DNA from: Octopus bimaculoides
Lineage: Eukaryota
NCBI RefSeq assembly: GCF_001194135.2
Contig: NC_068989.1
Span: 26,005,096-26,069,095, forward strand
Length of the DNA: 64,000 nt
Direction: 5' to 3'
Below the pieces are notes generated by a model. That model made no database searches. It saw only the letters and a list, made by a program, of their open reading frames with translations, and was not told the origin of the DNA. Position 1 is the first letter of the stretch; each line of letters starts with the position of its first letter. The translations under genes were made by a program, and so were the position numbers. Shown one piece after another: positions 13,596 through 25,006 of this stretch.

Positions 13596-16500
13596 TTAAA
13601 GAATTTCCTTATAGACAACGTTGTCAGTGTAGATTCGTTTCCTACCCTTATACTCTGAGTCTAAAGCCAATACATGTACATTCTTCACAGAACCAACCGT
13701 GATGATGACAACATAGAACTGGCAATGACTGAACTTAGGTGTTGGCAGGTAAATTCCAAACTTCTCTAAGGTCTGGTCTTGGGATTTGTTTGATATCATT
13801 CCAAAAGCCGGTTTCACAGGAAACAGCTTCCTGAAAAATGTGAACGGATAGTCTTCCTTAGTGGTCAGTGGAATTCGTGGTATCATTATTCGGATTCCAA
13901 CATGTGTCCCGTTTACCACTTCTGCTTCAATAAGGTGGTTGTTCAGATTCAAGACTAAATATCTTTTCAGTAGCATTGACCTCCTACTGGATCAAGGTTT
14001 CTGACCAGCATAATGGAAGAATGATTTTTCAAAGCCAGCATAATGGAAGAGTGTTTCTTCAAAACCAAAATATATGGCGGAGACCCTGAAGGATTGAGAT
14101 CATTGAGCAAAGTTCGCCCGATTTTCCAGCAAGGTTGCAGCAATTCCAGAGGCTGCCGTGGCAACAGCAACATGACGTTTTGACCGAAATTCAGCGAGAA
14201 TCAGATTGATTGCATAAGTCCTCCCAGAGTCACCACTCGCGTTAAAGCAAAATATTTTCCCCTCTTTGTTCGTAACTGATCCAACAACTTGGTGAAAGAC
14301 TGAAATCTGTTCAGCATTTAGTGTTAGTGCTGGATGCCTCTCGAAAACACGGTCACATAGAGCAGCTTTATTACAATTGAGCTCTTCCTGCAGTATCATT
14401 GGCAGAACTTCTAGTTCCCTTTCAAAATCTGACTCTGGAAGACCAAGATTTGCCATTGTGACTTCTCTGGCCAATTTTACTTTGATGGATTGCAGAACCT
14501 CGTTGTAAAGGTATTCTGTTGGTTTTCTTACGTGGTTTTGCCTTTTTTTTATCATCACAGAATGCATCCTTGTATATTTCCTATAAAGCTTCGGCACCAT
14601 GTGGCCAACAGGTAAGGAGAACAGTACAAAATACGTGTCTAAGCTGGTTACCGAATCAGTGATATTTGACTTCATCTAATGTTCTCATGATTTCGTCATC
14701 GTCTTGTAAAAGTCCCAGCTTTGTGCACGCATCTTGGTAGTTGAAAACAGATCACCATTAACAGTCCGTAAGTCAGCGTATGATTGGGGGCTGACGTGAT
14801 GCAGCGGCATCCTCAAGTAATACAAGTCCTGCCGGACATTGTTAGCGACAATGGAGATGCGACCAATAGCACTGGTTTCATAGCTTCCATCTTCCATGTT
14901 TGTTCCGCTCTTCCTCTTTTGTAACTTCTCTTTTTTTTTTTTCCAAGTGTAATATTTTGGAATTTCTGCATATAGCTTGTCTCTGGCGTCTGCGTCATAT
15001 TTATTTAATGTGAAAAATTCAAAGTTGTTTTTGATGCAAGCTAAAAGTTTTCAGACAGCTTATCATCAACTGTAATTGCTGATTTTTTAAATGGCATGAA
15101 AGATTTATGAGAGTGGTTTGTCTGGAATGAATTGAAAATCTGAATATCTTCCAAATTGCACTTGAAGTATTCCAATTGGTTCCTCATAACGGCTTGACCG
15201 GATTTGAACATTGACTTTATCAGGCCCTTGAAAGGATATTTCACCTCCAGTACAGTGTGCACAACATCAACATTTAGATGACAATTGTATCGGAGAGATA
15301 GGAATGGGTTATATGACATTATGATGGTATTATCTACTTCAGTAGATGTCCGATTATTTCTAATAAAGTGTGTCCTGCCTCCAGAGGTTTATGACTGACG
15401 TCTGTATTTTGCATAGGTGTCATCACTCCCAAATGTGGTACTTCTGCGTTGTTTGGGAACTGATTTTGTGCATTTTGGTGATTAGCCACCCATGCATGGA
15501 CTATTCAGATTATGGTATCAACATGGCTTATGAATGTTGTTTTTCACCATCTCCAATCGTTCTGGATTCATATCCTTAACTGGTATCATACTCACATACA
15601 ACTCGATCAATGATTTCTGGTGTTCTTGGTTTATCCTGCAGCAGTCATAAAGAGCAATATGCGGACATGTAGCAGACCACTCATCTGATATTCAATTGTA
15701 GAGACATATGCTACTATTTTTTCCCAAGACATTCTTCTTTAATAGATGATTCTTCAGAGAACTGTACTTTATTCTAAATTCTTTGGCTTCAATGTCAGGT
15801 CAATCGTATGTTCGTTCACCTTCAAACAGGGTTTCCGTTGTCTCAGTCCACTTTGACTTGGCTATCTTAGTGACGAAGTAGTGTGGCTTTCCAAACTCTC
15901 ACACTAGAGCCAATCCAGCTTGGAAACACTACCTGTAAATCCGAGAAGAACCAGTGTGTGATGGTAGAGGAATGATTTTAGACCTGATATTATTCATGTC
16001 ACCATTTGCAATAGCATCCAGAAGGCCCTGGTACTTTTCAGCTTTAAGCTGTTTCTGATGAGCACTCAGGAAGTGTAATCGACTTGCTCTGTCGTTGCAT
16101 GTTGATCTACTGCATATTGTTGCATCAGACGCCTACTTTTCATTGTGCCATTGAACAAGTCCTACCTTAACTGAAGCAGATAAGAATAAAAGATTCATTG
16201 AGTGATGATTTGCTTCGGCCATTGTCCTTCAAGAGCATTTTCCCCATTGGGAAACAAAAGTACAAAATGAAGAGGATTATAACGTCTGTGGATTTGACTA
16301 AATTTGTCTAACCTATTATTCTTTCTGTACTGCATAACAACATCCGCAGGTTTAATGTTTGGATTGTTGGTATCATCTCCCACCATGATCACGGCAATTT
16401 CTGATGTAGTCGGTGGATTATAGGTTCTCAAATGTGACCTAGCAGGAATAAGCCGCTTGACATGACTTATAATAATATCACCGGTGGAACATTTTCCCGG

Positions 16501-17718
16501 TGCTGAGTATTCCTTAATTATATCAATAGCCTGTTTAAAAGTTTTGACACGTGGGTTATGCACATGCAGTGTTCTCTGCAAGTCTAGCTGGATGTTCTCA
16601 TTAAGGTCATTGTCAGTTCCTCTGAATGACAACCTGTTTCTCATCGCATTTTCAGTGTCAGCGTAATATAGCTGTACGTAGCCCGGCTTCCTATTTACTG
16701 CTGGTAAGAGATTTCTTATGCGGTGGAACAACTTTCCTTCAATCTTGAAAGTAAGCATAAAAGTGCTACAAACCGGAGGTCCAACTGGTGGATTATCCAG
16801 TCGAAGCGGAGCCATAGACAGTAAATTATTGTAGTCACGAATTTTGTTCAGAAACATTTCCCTGCATACATTAAAATCCTAGTATTTAACTATTAATTCT
16901 GGGGGATTTTTTTCTTATCTGTGGAACTTTCTCTTTGCTAGCTTTTCCTTTGTCACAGCAGAGGGTAGTTTTATCAGCACCCCAAAGTAGGGACATGTTC
17001 TGCTAAAAATGTTTCCGCAGTGGTGCAACACAAGGCTTGGGTTTCGTTCTTTCTCAAGAAAATCTGCCACATCAACTTCTCTCAGTGGTAGTTCTTTGCT
17101 GACGAAGTCTCAATTAATGTCGTGCCTGATTGTTTGATTGACGCTGTTGAATTTGTGGCAGCGACGTTTTTCCCCAGGTGTCCTTTTTCTCCGCTCGATC
17201 AGTATTCCTCTGTGCTCCTGTTTCTTGTGCTGTTTCCATTGCACAGCTTTTCTGTATTCTCAACCGATTCACATTCATCTGTGCTTCTGTTTTTTCTTCT
17301 GGCGTTTCCATTGCATTACACAGTGCTTCTGATATTTCTGATCTTTCCATTGCTCGGATTTCCTGTGTTTTCAGTCGATTTGCATTCCTCCCTACTTCTG
17401 TTTTTTCTCGTCTTTCTATTGCATAGGTTTCCTTTGTTCTCATCCGATTCGCATTCTTCCTTGCTTCTCAATATTCTGGTCTTTTCATTGCACGAGTTTC
17501 CCGTCTCCTCAGCCAATCTGCATTTCTCCTTGCCTCTGCTTCTTCTGGTATTTCCATTGCACGAGTTTCTTGCATTCTCCTTTAGCTTTATTTCGAGACA
17601 TTGAGAAGAGCTAGATCCTTGCTTGTTGTCTTCAATTAGCGTCTGTTGTTTTGTTCAACGATCTTTTGTGAATGGGACTTTTTCGGGATAGGTTGTTACC
17701 CTTTCTTTTTCAGGACAT
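13596..17718 (-). pseudogene. Helitron A: degenerate RepHel (N-terminal repeats, Zn finger, HUH Rep, Pif1-like helicase)
   Basis: LCCDKGK Zn finger; FLNKIRDYNNLLSM...FKIEGKLFHRI...GYVQLYYAD; IEYQMSGLLHVRILL (decayed HUH); SYNPFLSLRYNCHLNV; ASGDSGRTY (Walker A); AVATAASGIAATLL; PRIPL...FPVKPAFGMISNKSQDQTL...FSHCQFYV; NVVYKEIL. Many stops; central helicase deleted near 14.0-14.1 kb. Confidence 0.93.
17170..17580 (-). repeat. Coding minisatellite of about 23-aa units (RAMETPEEAEARRNADRL-like) at the Helitron A N-terminus
   Basis: About 6 degenerate ~69-bp units, each with gcaatggaaa/gcaatgaaaa on the minus strand. Confidence 0.75.
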
Positions 17719-17904
17719 AGTGTACTGTTGAAACCGTGAATATTTATGACAATTATACAGTGAATGTTTTGAGACGATTCAACAAGCATTTGAGCTAATT
17801 TCTCTGAACGGATGTTTTCACGGTATTTAGTTGTAAATATTTACCTTGGTTATTTATTTACAATTACACCACGCTCGCTAAACACTATTTTAAAGTGCGA
17901 TTTT

Positions 17905-17906
<2 letters not shown>

Positions 17907-17983
<77 letters not shown>

Positions 17984-18041
17984 ATGTGTGTGTGTGCGTG
18001 TGCGTGTGTGTGCATGTGCTCGTGTGTGTGTGTGTGTGTGC

Positions 18042-18075
<34 letters not shown>

Positions 18076-18085
18076 GTGTGTGTAT
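17907..18085. repeat. (TG)n/(GA)n microsatellite
   Basis: Directly visible. Confidence 0.95.
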
Positions 18086-18239
18086 GAGAGAGAAACATCA
18101 AAGTAACATCGAAGCAGACATGGAAAAGAGGGAGTGAGTTATGAGAAGTAACATTGTATGCAATTCTGTCAATTGCCACTCCTCACATTACAGCTCTCAA
18201 TAAGATAAAGAGGTAGTAGGCATGGAGAATAGTTGCAGA

Positions 18240-19680
18240 GTCATTGAATAGTGAGAGAGGGGAAATTCGTTTTGTTGGATTTTACCAGACTGGAACCGGA
18301 CCTGTTAATTTTCGCGAATCCCATACAGATGTCGACACTCTCCGGGTACCCATGTTTCCTCTTGCCAATCTTGGTCAAAATCACAGTCCAAGAGCACTGT
18401 CCACGGAGCTTACAAGTGTCAGAATAGCGTTTCATCCTAGTAAGTTCAGGTCAGGGATCTTGGTGACTATGTAAGGAACTGAGATTTGTTTACCAGTCAC
18501 TGGATCCTTGTTTTGGCCCATAAAAGTTTCCAGCATGACACGTCATGCTTGCGGGAAGACTCGTAGCGAATTCTGACATTATCCAGTTTCGGTTTTCTCA
18601 GTTGTTTCTAGACCAACAAAGAAAGGAAATTTTCCGTAGTTGCCGTGTCCAGTTCCCTCGTGAACTGTTGTCCTGGATTGTAATTGGCACAACTAACCTA
18701 GAAGTATCGTCGGGAACTTCGCTCTGGATTGTTTTGACACGCTCGGCTTTCGTGATTCTGTTCACGGAAGGTTGTGAACGATATTCCCGTTGTTGTCGTT
18801 GCTTCTTCTTACAAACAACCTGGAAATGTCCTTTCTTGTCACAAAAGTGGCATTTGACTTCTCTGTAGGGACGTGACCACTTTATGGGCGTTTCCACATC
18901 TGTTACACCTCAACTCAGGGTGTATTGAATTAGACTGCTGGGGATTTTTCATTGACCCTTGTTCTGTCTTTGCTTGACTTTGTTGACAAGTCTGACCATG
19001 GAAAAGTAAACAGTTCCCTTGGCAACATTCGCCGCGTGTTCGGTTTCAATTGCTACTTGGACAGCACACGCAAAGTCCAGCTCTGTGTCCATCATCTTAA
19101 AAAGAGCTTTCAAGACAGCTTTATTGTTGACAGAATATATTATTCTCTTTCTAAGAGCATCATCTTGAGGGTCTGTGATCGAAGGAAACTCACAGGCAGC
19201 GTCCTGATGTATACGCGCTGTCAGCACCTGGAGAGTTTTGACTGGCATCCGTTGCATATCATTCCAGAATTTGGAACTCCTCTCTCGCACAATGAAACGC
19301 TTTGGGTTGAATTGTTCTTTCATAGTTGACAATTTCCTTCATCGTCAGCTCACTAATATTCTTAGGCGGACTCTGTTGTGTAGCCAGGTTCGCCAGTTGT
19401 TTATAGATAGTGCTGGTCAAGTACGGCGTTGGCCACAACTAAATTGCAGAAGCTTGATGTTGAATCAAAGGCAGCAAATGGTGGGATAGCAATTGAAGAG
19501 GTTGGCAGACTGGAATCGTTTTCAGAAATTGGAACTTGAGTTAGCCTTCTCAAAACTTCCATGTCTTCTCTGTGCAGCTACTCATGTACCTCCATATGAT
19601 ATCTCTGGAGTTGAATTTGTTGTGTGAGCAACTCTGTCAGGTCAATGCTTTGTTCCGCCTTTTGTCTGGATAAAAATAGT
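18240..19680 (-). pseudogene. Gypsy/Ty3 LTR retrotransposon gag-protease relic
   Basis: MKEQFNPKRFIVRERSSKFW..., CCHC knuckle CHFCDKKGHFQVVC, protease-like VVPITIQ...IPDLNLLG; multiple frameshifts; no RT or LTR recognised. Confidence 0.85.
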
Positions 19681-20203
19681 TTACAGTAAATCTCTAACAA
19701 CACAAGATAGTATAAAGTATTATATTCCGTAAATCTCTTGAAAAAACATTAATTTAACTGATACTAGAAATACAGGAAGACAGATTATATGCGCAAAACC
19801 GGTTGTTTTCCTTTCAAATAATTGTATTATCAACGTCAAGGTAAAAAATCCACTCGGTATGGATAGTCTTTCTTATCCTATTGTGGAAGACAATTTGTTG
19901 TACTCCTCTTGTTCACTTGCAAAAAGAAGAAAACAGTGTTATCCTCGTTAGGTTCATTATTTGTCTCTCTACAGTGAATAACAAAAAAAAAAGACAACAG
20001 GTGAAACGCCCCCCTATCAGCTCTGCTTATATAGCGGTAAACCATAAGAACATTACAGAGAGTCCTCATTGTTCTTCGATAAACAAATATAATCCGCAAC
20101 CTTCCGCCTCAATAAAGTTCTATTGCTCCAGAAAATTGTTTTTTCATATTTACTTCGAATTGCTCGAAGCTAGCTTTCTTCCTACACGTCGATCCCTGGA
20201 TCT

Positions 20204-20205
<2 letters not shown>

Positions 20206-20299
<94 letters not shown>

Positions 20300-20325
20300 G
20301 GCACGCGCGCACACACACACACACG

Positions 20326-20356
<31 letters not shown>

Positions 20357-20380
20357 ACACACACACATATATATATATAT
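20206..20380. repeat. (CA)n microsatellite
   Basis: Directly visible. Confidence 0.95.
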
Positions 20381-20747
20381 ATCCTTTTTAACCCTCCCTA
20401 TAACATTTATATTAAAATATGCTAAAATCGTTTGCACCTTTCACAAAAATTATATTAATCTAGCTTTGGTTATTTTAATTCGAGTCTTATTTCAACTCAT
20501 GACTATTGTCCCGGAATTCTTTTGTCACAGACCTGAGACCCCTTCAGCAATACTTTCCAACCTCGTGTGCGTACTTGCTCCGTTTAATCCAGTCTGCGCT
20601 TTTATGATATATATCTTTATATGTGCATGCCTTTGTGTCTGTATTTGTGTTTGTGTGTCTGTGTGTCCATGTGTTTCGCATGTGTGCTTATGTGTGACAT
20701 AGTGGATAAGAACGGAATAAACTATGGGGAGAAGCACACACGAGGAC

Positions 20748-20792
20748 TGTCACTGAAGAGGTCACAGATGCGTGACGAAAGATTTCCTGACA
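20748..20792 (+). ncRNA. Minimal type I hammerhead ribozyme motif, near-intact
   Basis: TGTCA-CTGAAGA-G-GTCAC(agatgc)GTGAC-GAAA-GATTTCC-TGACA: 5-bp stem I, core, perfect 5-bp stem II, GAAA; cleavage-site register is one nt off. Confidence 0.7.
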
Positions 20793-21444
20793 ATGGACAT
20801 GAGTTACAATAAGAAGAGTAATAAACGAAAGAAGAAAGAAAGTATAGTGCGTGTGTTTGTTTAGAAAAAATACCAAAGAATGTATATATCTATTTATCTT
20901 TATATATATATACATATATATATATATANNNNNNNNNNNNNNNNNNNNNNNNNNNNNNNNNNNNNNNNNNNNNNNNNNNNNNNNNNNNNNNNNNNNNNNN
21001 NNNNNNNNNNNNNNNNNNNNNNNNNNNNNNNNNNNNNNNNNNNNNNNNNNNNNNNNNNNNNNNNNNNNNNNNNNNNNNNNNNNNNNNNNNNNNNNNNNNN
21101 NNNNNNNNNNNNNNNNNNNNNNNNNNNNNNNNNNNNNNNNNNNNNNNNNNNNNNNNNNNNNNNNNNNNNNNNNNNNNNNNNNNNNNNNNNNNNNNNNNNN
21201 NNNNNNNNNNNNNNNNNNNNNNNNNNNNNNNNNNNNNNNNNNNNNNNNNNNNNNNNNNNNNNNNNNNNTAGAAAAAATACCAAAGAATGTATATATCTAT
21301 TTATCTTTATATATATATACATATACCTATATTCAATCAGTTTGAGAGTATAGTATCCTCTTTAGGGACTATAAAACTAGAGATCTACTGGAGTTGTGAA
21401 TGATATATTGGGAGAATTCTCTTGATATATAGGGATAGTATACA

Positions 21445-23058
21445 TTTATTGCCATAAGAAAAAGGAGAAAATATACTTATTTTATTTGTGTCACAGTAGG
21501 AACATAATAAATAGTTTAATAGAAATAAAATTCAAATGAACATATCTTAACATAAAGTAAAATAAGCATCAGAAGTCCTACACATGTTCCAGTCTGGTCA
21601 CTATGTAAACAGTGCTTCGGAATATTCGTGCCATGTTGTGAGTTTTGGATGTAAAAAAGTAACAACTGTGTCAAATTTCTTCGGGGATGTCGCTTTCAAG
21701 AGGCTAATATTTGCATATTTTTCACAGGAATTCAAATTAATGGTAAAAACTTTCTAGATAAGATAGAGGAGGATTACACATTCATATGTTGAATATCTAC
21801 GTAATGTAAACATTAGTTGGTTAGAAATGTAAGAGGGGGCGCCGAGGGAGTAATACTGGGAGGAATTAGCTAACAAACCTTTCTAAAAACCCATTAAATA
21901 TTAAAAAAAGACCGTTATGCGTTTTGATGGACATTATGCAATCATTTAAGAGAATATGTAGAGGTTTAAGGGTTGTGAGTGGCATAATGTAAATAAGGTA
22001 AGATATTGTGAAGACGTTAAGTAAAAATATTTAATTAAAGATAAGAAATACGGAAGGATAAAAAAAAACAATTAATAATATAGAGAAAAATAAATTTGCT
22101 CTGGAGAAAGAATAATGAAATAATATTATAGTTAATTGAAAGAAGTTCTAAATAACAATAAGTGATTAGGGATATATTATAAAAAGTGTATGTACAGAAT
22201 TTAATATTTTCAACGTTATGGCTAAGAAAGAATATGCTATATTGTATTCTTAGGTAAAAAAAAAAAAGGTAGGAATTAAATTAAAGGTTCTCTCGTAAAT
22301 AGTTGTATACCTTAACGTGCTAAGATCAAATAATATTGGAGGGTATACATGTGAAATAAAATATAAATTATCGTGCGGTTATGGAGAACATTTTATTAAT
22401 TATTCTAAAGAACGATTAATGCTATTGGTATTAAGTAGCATTTCAATACACTAACAGATACGTTCGATTATGCAGACAAACTATTAGATGGATAAAAATA
22501 TATAATACACTTACTTGTATAAGGAAACTAAAGATTTGTGCAAAATAAAGGAAAATATAATGTTTTTATCTATTTTTAAAATGGTTAAACGCTACTTCTT
22601 CCAAATAATTATAATCAAGAACAACGGGTTATCTCACTTCGTATATTTGGGGATAGAATTAGGATAACTTGGTAGATAAAAGAAATTTATAATGAGGTAT
22701 GTGGGGTTTGTAGAGAAGAATGATATTTATTATCCAAGCGAAACATGATGTAGGTATGAATATAAACTATGTGACAGGTAGAGCGTATATTATTATTTCA
22801 TAATATGGTAGAATTGTATGATCAGGAATATAAAGACATATTTTATAGTAGTGTTGCAGTAGTAAATGAAATATCTTCAAATAGGTAATTAAAGTTAGTC
22901 TTGGTACATATATAGAATGCACATATGCATAGTAATTAAGTGGGGCATGCAGAAAATATGAGTATAAGGTTTGTGGATGATATGGATATGTATATATATG
23001 TATACACACAATTTATGGAATTATATGTAGGTATGTGGGCGAACTTACAACATTTAGG

Positions 23059-23060
<2 letters not shown>
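21445..23060 (-). mobile_element. Penelope-like element RT relic (left arm of an inverted pair)
   Basis: Clear inverted homology to 27625-29095. Decayed PLE RT motifs are readable across the two arms: CLHYVDI (about RYVDDI) here; DQGR*LVVLD*NNYLE, IPAL*LPK...PILS, FT...IRFLKDV in the right arm. Confidence 0.55.
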
Positions 23061-23094
<34 letters not shown>

Positions 23095-23101
<7 letters not shown>

Positions 23102-23163
23102 AGAATGGATACATAAGGGTGGAAGACCACAGGAACATTACCGTATATCCAACGCATGGATTA

Positions 23164-23205
<42 letters not shown>

Positions 23206-23806
23206 CTGTTCAATTCCTTCAAGAATCAATAAATAGATAAACATATAGTTTTCAGTCTCTAAAATGTGTAAAAAGTAAGGTAAAATAAAATAAACAGGCA
23301 TATACAATGATACAAACTTTAGAAATATCATGAATGTTTAAAATATTCATTTAAACATATTTATAAACATGCATAATTTCCAAGTTCTATAAAAATATGA
23401 CCATTTAAGATAATACATTACGATATATAAGCGTACAGTATGATTTACCCATTATATATTAAATATTACTGTACGTTTATATATCGTAATGTATTATCTT
23501 AAATTGTCATATTTTTATAAAACTTCGAAACTATGCATGTTTATGAATATTTAAAAATATATATATTTTAAACATTCATAATATTTCTAAAGTTTATATC
23601 ATTGTATATGCCTGTTTACTTTATTTTACCTTATTTTTACACATTTTAGAGACTGAAAACTATAGATTATTTATTGATTCTTGAAGGAATTGAACACACA
23701 CACACACACACACACATACACACACACACATATTAAATCTTGCGTTCGATATACGGTAATGTATGTTCCTGTGGTCTTCCACCCTTATGTATCCATTCTT
23801 ACTATA
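23095..23806. mobile_element. 712-bp foldback/MITE-like palindrome with TA ends
   Basis: Arms 23095-23440 and 23467-23806 are reverse complements (tatagtaagaatggatacataagggtggaagaccacaggaac / gttcctgtggtcttccacccttatgtatccattcttactata), with a 26-nt spacer and an internal (TG)/(CA) tract mirrored. Confidence 0.9.
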
Positions 23807-24396
23807 ATGTGAATTCTAACTCATGCTGAGCACTTCAACTGTAGCCCGTTTTATGTATTGGTATATTAACAATATATAATTATACAAAAAATTACAGCTT
23901 ATATATATATATACTTATATGCAATTTTATGTAATTTTATGCAGATATAAGTGGAAATAAACATTGCAGGGGCCATTATAAATTATTGTATTAAAGTGAT
24001 ATAAATAGGTTTGAATTTAAAATTAATTTTTGAAAAATGTTACTTAAAAATTATAGATTAAAAGTTAACAATTAAAGATTAAAATTTAAATCTTAAAGCG
24101 TTAGATACTATTATGGGAATGAGAATATGGATTATAAGTGTATCTCTAATAAGAAATCATGCTAAGAGTGGGTTACAAATTGATAAATGAAATTTAGGGA
24201 CTATATAGATAATACTTATTGCACGATTGAGACATCAAACGGCCGGATTTATATAAAATAAATATGTGATTATAGTGTATTGTGTGTATAATTAGAATTG
24301 TTAGATCAATATAGAATATATTCGGGTATTTATATCAGATGTATTATATATTATTATTATTTTACCTGAAAGAAATTAGTGAATTATTTATATTTA

Positions 24397-24950
24397 CAAA
24401 TATAGTATATTTGTATACATGTAAGCATAGAGAAATTTTCTCGGATCTATTATTAAAAGTGTTATGCTTAGATAATAGAATGTTTTATATCTAATCTAGG
24501 CCACACGAGCAGGTTTTGGTCGATGATTTGTACTCATGAGCGTTGGTTAGAATTTTCCATTTAATTTTATAAGTTATATCTTTTCGATAAATTTACTTAG
24601 GCCAGTGCTATATCTTTTATTAGCATTTGTAAAGGAGGACTGATGATTCGGAAGTCTAGATTTCATATTAACCGAAGTTGTTCCGACATAATGGAAATCT
24701 TTGCCTTCTGCTTCAATAACTGTTTAGTATATTAGGTTTTTATGTTTACAGTATTTCGTAAATTTACGTTTTTCTTACAATCACAAAAAAACATTTAAAT
24801 AGTTACTAGAGGTGTTATTTGTGTTTGTATTATTGTTCATGTGTTATGTTTGTTTTGGATATCATTTCTGATTGTATTTGGAGTGGAGTTATTTTTATTT
24901 GTATAATATGCATCAGGTTCTACATTATTAAAACATCATATATCTCTAAA
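24397..24950 (-). pseudogene. Penelope-like GIY-YIG endonuclease relic (ORF C-terminus)
   Basis: CDCKKN...CKHKNLIY*TVIEAEGKDFHYVGTTSVNMKSRLPNHQSSF...YSTGLSKFI...IKWKILTNAHEYKSSTKTCSC...NNRSEKISLCLH matches the PLE endonuclease pattern (N-IY, Y-G-T, R--NH, W-IL, C--C, N-R-E---C-H). Confidence 0.85.
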
Positions 24951-25006
24951 TATACTACTACTATACTCTACGATAAGTACATATAATTGCATAAATTGCA
25001 TGAGTA

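Noticed and set aside
20862-21325. ~55-bp direct repeat on both sides of a gap
   Set aside because: Most likely an unmerged contig overlap, an assembly artefact.
24321-24338. Hammerhead remnant after the GIY-YIG ORF (CTGAT-ataaata-CCCGAA, minus strand)
   Set aside because: Position fits, but half the core and stem II are missing.
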